Shown piece after piece: positions 56,340 through 64,000 of a stretch of DNA of 64,000 bases. Both the position numbers and the translations under genes were made by a program. Origin of the DNA: Octopus vulgaris (Eukaryota); contig OX597826.1 in assembly GCA_951406725.2 (NCBI GenBank), forward strand, positions 46,438,001 to 46,502,000. The letters are read 5' to 3'. A model generated the notes under the pieces. The model made no database searches, had not been told where the DNA came from, and saw only the letters and a program-made list of their open reading frames with translations. How positions within the stretch are numbered: the first letter of the stretch is position 1; every line of letters starts with the position of its first letter.

Positions 56340-56781
56340 GGATCTTTTCGGTTTGAACGGCAGTTTTTAAAAAAATAATTTCCTCGTAACTAAACACTTT
56401 TAAATTTCGTATACTGGTAGAATGTGTTTATAAAACATCTTTTTCTCTTGACATTATTGAGAAAATTCAATAGTTTGTAAGATATTTGTTGTTGTTTTTT
56501 CTTCAATTTCTGCAATTTCAACCAATCAATGACGTCTATTGAGGTGAAAGCATTCTGTGCCGTATGAATATGTCCCTCGTTTAAGAAACAGATTGGGTTT
56601 ATTTACATTTCTGAAGAAAAAAGATACCTTCCCCCCACCCCTAACCCTAACCCTAGCACTAACCTTAACCCTTACCCTAAAACAGATTGAAATGCAATAG
56701 ATCGATACTAGGGTCATAATTATGGGTGACAATTTCATATGACACTGATAGAAAAAACTGCTGTTCAAACCGAAAAGATCC
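56340..56781. mobile_element. Second copy of the GGATC-TIR MITE, with about 7 degenerate CCCTAA units
   Basis: Same body as 31121-31526; flanks GATAAGTG and GATAAGGG; telomere-like tract at about 56638-56680. Confidence 0.85.
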
Positions 56782-57239
56782 GATAAGGGTATAGCTGTGC
56801 GGTTAAGAAGTTCGTTTTTGCAATCTGATGGCTTCGGTTCAATCTCTCCGTGCAGTACCTTGGGCAAGTGTCTTCTACTCAAACCTCGAGCTGACTAATG
56901 CCTTGTGAGCGAATATGGTAGACGAAATCGGTGTTTTATGTGGAATCCCGTCGTACACGCAGACACATACACGCACCCCTACGTTCCACATAAATATTTC
57001 TTACATGGTGGGACACTCAACAACTGGTTCAGGAGCATCCGGTGGTGCAGATGTATCTCGTCGGGTGATACACACACATATATACATACGCGCATGCGCG
57101 CACACACACACACACGTTAGAAGGAAAAGCGGTGACAATTCTGTAAATGATAATAATAATAATAATTATAAGCTTAAAGCTCATAAGCTGTCACCGTGTA
57201 TTGGCTAAAGAAAATAACCTAATACTAAAGCATAGAAGA

Positions 57240-57500
57240 TGGATTTTCTGACCAGCGAAAACCAGACCTTTCCATAAGAATCGGAAAAGCAAGCGCGCCA
57301 ATTTGGTCAGAGTTTTCTTAAAACAAGGTACGACGGCTTGGTGGTAGTACACTACCGAGGCGATATATGTATTCGCTACTTCCGCCGGCCTTTCAGCGAC
57401 AGCTTCCTTTCTGCCCATTTCTGGGTGAGCTTGGCTACCCTAGTTATGACTTCTTCTCAGTTCCTATCTACTTGTAAATCTGATCCGAACCAGACTCCGA
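57240..57500 (-). mobile_element. L1/Tx1-clade LINE RT C-terminal fragment
   Basis: GVWFGSDLQVDRN..KWAERKLSLKGR, then ANTYIASVVYY..LARLLFRFLWKG. Confidence 0.65.
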
Positions 57501-58400
57501 GCACTTTCATAAACACACACATCGCCCAGTCTGAGATTCGAACCCGCGATCCCTCGACTGCGAGTCCGCTGCTCTAACCACTAGGCTATGTGCCTCCACA
57601 AAATGTTCCTTCTCGAGCCATCCAGGCTCATAAGGGCCAGTTTTCCGGTTTCAGTGGCGTAGAAATTCCCCACATGGACGGGACACCGGTACGTCACAGG
57701 ATTACTCATTTTTGCCATCTGAGTGGACTGGAGCAACGTGAAATGAAGCGTTTTGCTCAAGAACACAACGCATCAGCCGGTCCAGGAATCGAAACCACAA
57801 CCTTACGATCATGAGTTCAACACCCTAGCCACTAAGCCACGCGCTTCCACTGTAAGGGGCGGTGAATTGGTAAAATCGTTAGAACATCCCTGCAGGATTT
57901 GTTCCGGTATTGCACGCCCTGAGTTTAAATCCTGAGGAGGCCTACTTTACTTTTCGTCCAGGCCAGGTTGATAAAATACACTACCAGTCATGTATTGAGA
58001 AGGATTCTATCGAAAAACCCTTTACTTTTCTCCACTTGCCTCGCCTTGTGCACCCAACATCGCTTGACAACCGATGCTGGTGAGTTTACGTCCCCGTAAC
58101 CTAGCGGTTCGGCAAAATAAACCGATAGAATAAGTACTAGGCTTACAAAGAATAAGTCCTGGGGGTCGATTTGCTCGACTAAAGGCGGTGCTCCTGCTTG
58201 GCCACAGTCAAATGACTGAAGCGAGTAAAAGAGTAAAAAGAGAGTAAGTAATTCATAATGTATTTTGAATGTTTATCTCGAGACATATTTTTTGAATTGC
58301 TTTATATTTTTGCCATACATTTTAGAATATTGAGCACATTATATCATTTACAAAAAATGTATTGGGGAGACACACAAATACATATATGTGTATTTGCGTG

Positions 58401-58450
<50 letters not shown>

Positions 58451-58861
58451 CCTATGCGTGCCTATGCGTGCGCGCGCGTCTGTTTTCCCATGTTTTCATA
58501 GAATTTTAATATTTTTCATTCTTGCGTCTCTATCATAATAATCTTGAATCATATTTGATGGGATATCTCCACACACGAATCGTTTTAGTGTGTGTGTGTG
58601 TGTATAGCTATACATAAATATATACATTTATGCTTTATACATATGTGTGTATTTATGTATATGTGTATGTGTGTTTGTGTGCCTTTTGTGTGTGTGTATG
58701 TGTGTGTGTGTGTGTGTGTGTATTCAATCTCAATGTTATCATATGAGATTTATCGCCGTGACAGAAAAAAACAACACGCACGCCCACACGCTCGCACGCA
58801 CACATGTTCACACGTATATAAGTTCTTGTATACACAGAATGTATATCTACACACACACACA

Positions 58862-58975
<114 letters not shown>

Positions 58976-59279
58976 AATGAAATTATATCCCCTTAGCTTC
59001 TTCGCTTCTCCTCCAAGCAACCGCCGAACACCACGACGACCACCACCAACGACGACCGTCCGTTCACAAGTCTTACCATAACAGTTATTTCCTACGAATG
59101 AAAAACTTTAGTCTCATTTAGTGAATGATAGCTTCGCTTGAATGACTACAACACCAGAGAGAGAGAGAGAGAGAGAGAGAAATAGAGAGAGAGCGAGAGA
59201 GAGGGGGGAGACAGACAGACGGACAGACAGATGTGTTGCATTAACGACCCATTAATTCATTGATCTGTAGTTTCTCGCC

Positions 59280-59343
<64 letters not shown>

Positions 59344-59651
59344 CAACTTTTAATAAAGTCGACCGAATTAAAATGATGTTGGGGATGAGAACAACAACAA
59401 CAACAGCAGCAGCATCAATAACAGCAGCCTCAGCAGCAACAACAACAACAGCAGCAGCAGCAGCAACAACAGCAACAACAACAACAAAATATATTGGTGG
59501 ACGTTGATCATCTTACCAATATGGTCGACCAACTCAAACGTTATCACAAGACGAATAATTATAATCTTGCACGGTTATTATTAAGTTTTCTCCATTCTGT
59601 AAAACGTCGTCGCCCCCCTTCTCCTCCCCCCACCACCACCTTGTCTGTCTG

Positions 59652-59718
<67 letters not shown>

Positions 59719-59763
59719 GTCTGTCTGTCTGTCTGTCTGTCAACTTGTTTCTCTGTTCGAATA

Positions 59764-60275
59764 TCTATATATATAAAACTGTAGTTGTGTGAGTGTCTGT
59801 CCCCTTCGATTTAGATTCCTAACTACTCTCACATTTTGCGGTGCAGTTTAACCAAATTCGGGTATCTTATAGTCGTGATTCATATCGAGCTCGTCTGAGT
59901 ATTAGCGCGCGTCTACGATGAGTCTACGATTTTAAAAATAATTTAACATCATTTTTTATTCCATTTTAATGCATAATTTTTCGTGTGTCGATGGCGGCGG
60001 AGTTGGCGTCCACGGTCACACCTGCACCTGTTTGCTTCTCCCCTTCTTCCCTCCCTCGTGAAGCTGTGGGGAAGGGAGTGTAAGGAAATCAACGTCGTAA
60101 AGCGTTGTCAAGGAGACCAGCGTTCTTTTAGAACAACGACTTCATGGCTTGAAGACACCAAAACAGAAATGGTTAAGAAAGCCCGAATTGGCATCTATAA
60201 GGGAAGTAACTCTCTAAAAATGCTTATATAGTTATTTCCCTTACAAACCCGAGCAACGCCGGGTGATACTGCTAG
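59764..60275 (+). mobile_element. Non-autonomous Helitron sharing its 3' end with 53786-54167
   Basis: A|TCTATATATATAAA start; ..TAGTTATTTCCCTTACAAACCCGAGCAACGCCGGGTGATACTGCTAG|T end. Confidence 0.85.
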
Positions 60276-61399
60276 TATATATATATATATTTTTACTTCT
60301 TAGATTTGTTCGATGTTTTGCCAGCCTATATTTCCGAAGACATTCCTCTGCCGTTTGTTGCAGCTCTAATACTTAACCGCATATTCAAAGTCGTAAATAC
60401 ACACGTACGTTCATGAATATATGTGACATAAGTGTATATAAGCATCATTTGCATATATGTATATAGTGTACAAGAAGGTGTTATAATCCAAACTGTATCT
60501 TGGTGAATCATATCTGCACGTTCCAGTAAACAAAAGTATACTCTTTACTCTTTACTCTTTTACTTGTTTCAGTCATTTGACTGTGGCCATGCAGGAGCAC
60601 CGCCTTTAGTCGAGCAAATTGACCCCAGGACTCATTCTTTGTAAGCCTAGTACTTATTCTATTGGTCTCTTTAGCCGAACCGCTAAGTTACGGGGACGTA
60701 AACACACCAGCATCGGTTGTCAAGTGATGTTGGGGGGACAAACAGACACACAAACATATGCACATATACATACATATATATATATATACATATATACGAC
60801 GGGCTTCTTTCAGTTTCCATCTACCAAATCCACTCACAAGGCTTTGGCTAGCCCGAAGCTATAGTAGAAGACACTTGCCCAAGGTACCACGCAGTGGGAC
60901 TGAACCTGGAACCATGTCATTGGTAAGCAAACTACTTACCACACAGCCGCTCTTACGCCTATAAGTATATATTAGAATACTGACTGAAAAATTTGGTATG
61001 TTTCTTACTTCCATGTTACACGTATTTCATTACGATAAGATGGACTCTCCCGTCGAAGACAACGTATAAGCGTTCAGCTTTTGTCGAACGACTACACTAA
61101 TGATTCGTTTATAGTGATCAAATGTATGTGTCATACGTTATCTCACTCTCTCCATCAAATTGACGTTGCCTGAACAGGTGCACAGTGTACCACACGTTAG
61201 GTGTTGAATCGATCGCATAGCAACGTGAGATGAAGTATTTTGCTCAAGAACACAACGCACCACCTGGTCTAGGAATTGAAATCACGATCTATCGATCGTG
61301 AATGCAACGCCCTAACCACTAGGCCATGCGCCCCCATAATTACACGAAATACATAATAATAATTATAAGGAATAGAGAAGGAATCCAAAAGGAGGCACG

Positions 61400-62660
61400 A
61401 TAAAGAAGGAATACAAAAGAGGACACGATAACGTGGCTAAGTTTGTTCACTGGAGGTTGCTTGAGAAGTGCTGTCTTGGAAGAACATGGAAATGGTGCGA
61501 ACATGAACCAGGAGACATCAGTGATATAATGAATATAAGATTTTGTGGGATTTTACAATCCAGTGTGACTCTCTAATAGATATCCGAAGACCAGACATTG
61601 TTGTGGTGGCTAAAAGGAAAAAAGATCTCAATTTCTTTTTATTTCTTTATTGCCCAGAGGAGGCTTAACATAGAAGTGACAAACAAGGACAGACAAAGCG
61701 ATTAAGTCGATTACTTCGACCCAGTGCCTAACTGGTACCTATTTAATCGACCCCGAAGGGATGAAAATCAAAGTCGACCTCGGTGGAATTTGAACTCAGA
61801 ACGTAACGGCAGCCGAAATACCACTAAGCATTCCGGCCGGCGTACTAACGATTTTCCCAGCTCAGATATTCTTTTCTACTCTAGGTACAAGGCTCGAAAT
61901 TTTTGGGGAGAGAGGGCAGTCGATTAGAAACTGGTAAGTACGAAACTTGTACTTAATTTATCGACCTCGAAAAGATGAAAGGCAAAGACGACCTCGGCGG
62001 AATTTGAACTCGGAACGTAGCGGCAGACAAAATACTGCTAAGTATTTCGCCCGACGTGCTAACGTTTCTGCCAGCTCACCGCCTTATAACAGCTGAAATA
62101 CCTATTTCTTTACCACCCACAAGGGCCTAAACACAGAGAGGACAAACAAGGACAGACAAACGGATTAAGTCGATTATATCGAACCAGTGCGTAACTGGTA
62201 CTTATTTAATCGATTCCGAAAGGATGAAAGGCAAAGTCGACCTCAGCGGAATTTGAACTCAGAATGTAACGGCAGACGAAATACCTATTTCTTTACTACC
62301 CACAGAGGGGACAAACAAGGACAGACAAACGGATTAAGCCGATTATATCGACCCCAGTGCGTAACTAGTACTTATTTAATCGACCCCGAAAGGATGAGAG
62401 GCAAAGTCGACCTCGGCGGAATTTGAACTCAGAACGTAACGGCAGACGAAATACCGCAACGCATTTCGTCCGGCGTGCTAACGTTTCTGCATGCTCCCCA
62501 CCTTACTAGGATTATAGATATTGTCACGGCTGGATATGTACATGTAGGTGACAAAAAGCTGGAAAAGGTGGAAATATACAAGTTGCTAAAAGACGAAATT
62601 GCAATAGTCTGGGCAATGATGAGAGTAACTGTCATCCCAGTAATTGTAGGGGCAGTAGTT
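61400..62660 (+). mobile_element. R4/Dong-type LINE restriction-like endonuclease fragment split by a SINE B cluster
   Basis: 61400-61625 encodes RHDNVAKFVHW..WCEHEP..ILWDFTIQCD..RRPDIVVV; 62511-62660 encodes IIDIV..KLEKVEIYKLLKDEI..VIPVIVGA. Confidence 0.75.
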
Positions 62661-63916
62661 GTAATGATGTTAATATAATTGATTCGTAATTGGTATATAT
62701 ATGCAGAAAATATGCATAGAATCTCCCACCTATCAGTAATTCTTCAGACAAAGGTTCATAAATATTTCCTATACTCTTTTACTCTTTTACTTGTTTCAGT
62801 CATGTGACTGTGGCCATGCTGGAGCACTGCCTTTAGTCGAGTAAATCCACCCCAGGACTTATTCTTTGTAAGCCTAGCACTTATTGTATCGGTCTCTTTT
62901 GCCGAACCGCTAAGTTACGGGGACGTAAACACACCATCATCGGTTGTCAAGCGATGTTGGTGGGGTGGGGGCACAAACACAGACACATAAACATATACAC
63001 ACACATTCATATATATATAAATATACACATATATACGACGGGCTCCTTTCAGTTTCCGTCTACCAAATCCACACACAAGGCTTTGGTCGGCCCGAGGCTA
63101 TAGTTGAAGACACTTGCCCAAGGTGCCACGCAATGGGACTGAACCAGGAACCATGTGGTTCGTAAGCAAGCTACATACCACACAGCCACTCCTATACTGA
63201 AATAAAACACGTATAACATGAAATTAAAAAATACATCAAATTTTCCAGACTATATTTTAATATAAACACAAACACACACACACACCTATCTACACACCTA
63301 CGCGCACTCACACACACAGCTACACACTACACACACACACCTACACACCTACATACTTATCCCCCCACACACACACGTGTATGTATATTTGTACTCGGAT
63401 ATAAGAAATACCACTGAAGCAGTTACTGAAAAACAACCCTATACCCCAGGTTGGATTAAACATTTATTTCATTTTGAAAAAAAAACGACAATGTTTTCAA
63501 AATTTCGCGAACGTTGGTTCCTTAGTCTGAGGAAAGTTGACTTCGGCGACACTTCGAAGTCACTTTCGTCTGTAAATAATGATGATGATAAGTCTTTCTA
63601 CTATAAACACAAGGTCTAATATTTTGGGGGAAAGTGGCTTGTCGATCACATCGACCCCGGTGTTCAACGGGTACTTATTATGTTGATCCCGAAAGGATAA
63701 AGGATAGAGTCGACTTCAGCGGAATTTGAACTCAGAACGTAAAGCCGGAAGAAATTCCGCTAAGCATTTTGTCCGGCGCAGTAACGATCTTGCTAACTCG
63801 TCGCCTAAAGGATGATGATAATATTAGTAATAATCACACGTGCGCGTACACACACATGCACCCACATACACACACACACATATGTATGTATAAGCATGTA
63901 GATGCACATATGTGTA

Positions 63917-63952
<36 letters not shown>

Positions 63953-64000
63953 TGTGTGTGCGTGTATGTTTGTAGCGTAGATATATGTGTGTGTACGTGT

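Noticed and set aside
56638-56680. Telomere or chromosome-fusion scar
   Set aside because: Short degenerate tract internal to a MITE that has a second copy in the window.
59390-59490. Polyglutamine-coding exon
   Set aside because: In-frame TAA in the Gln frame and no convincing splice sites.

Overview
AT-rich, repeat-dense eukaryotic genomic DNA, most likely from an octopus (coleoid cephalopod), judged from the tRNA-derived SINE families and the density of (TA)n/(CA)n/(TAGA)n microsatellites. Almost all ORFs in the supplied track are microsatellite or SINE artefacts. Real host-gene signal is limited to two small + strand exons (11953-12006, 13612-13697) encoding part of the BAR domain of an ASAP-family ArfGAP, and a probable first coding exon (MASFLKLQ, with a YY1-type AACATGGCG motif) of an unidentified - strand gene at about 30.7 kb, near a switch from CpG-poor to CpG-rich DNA. 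The rest is decayed mobile DNA: Tc1/mariner, Penelope-like, Gypsy (internally inverted), CR1/Jockey-, RTE-, Tx1- and R4-type LINE fragments, non-autonomous Helitrons, MITEs and four SINE families. There is also a 32-bp minisatellite and a 2.5-kb duplication around a 100-N gap that is probably an assembly artefact. The most notable unannotated signal is a set of minimal type I hammerhead-ribozyme-like motifs with palindromic stem III. Two loci carry them as divergent inverted pairs inside fold-back DNA (25.8-26.1 kb and 48.5-48.7 kb), and there are several other long hairpins. All calls were made by eye, without database searches or folding software.
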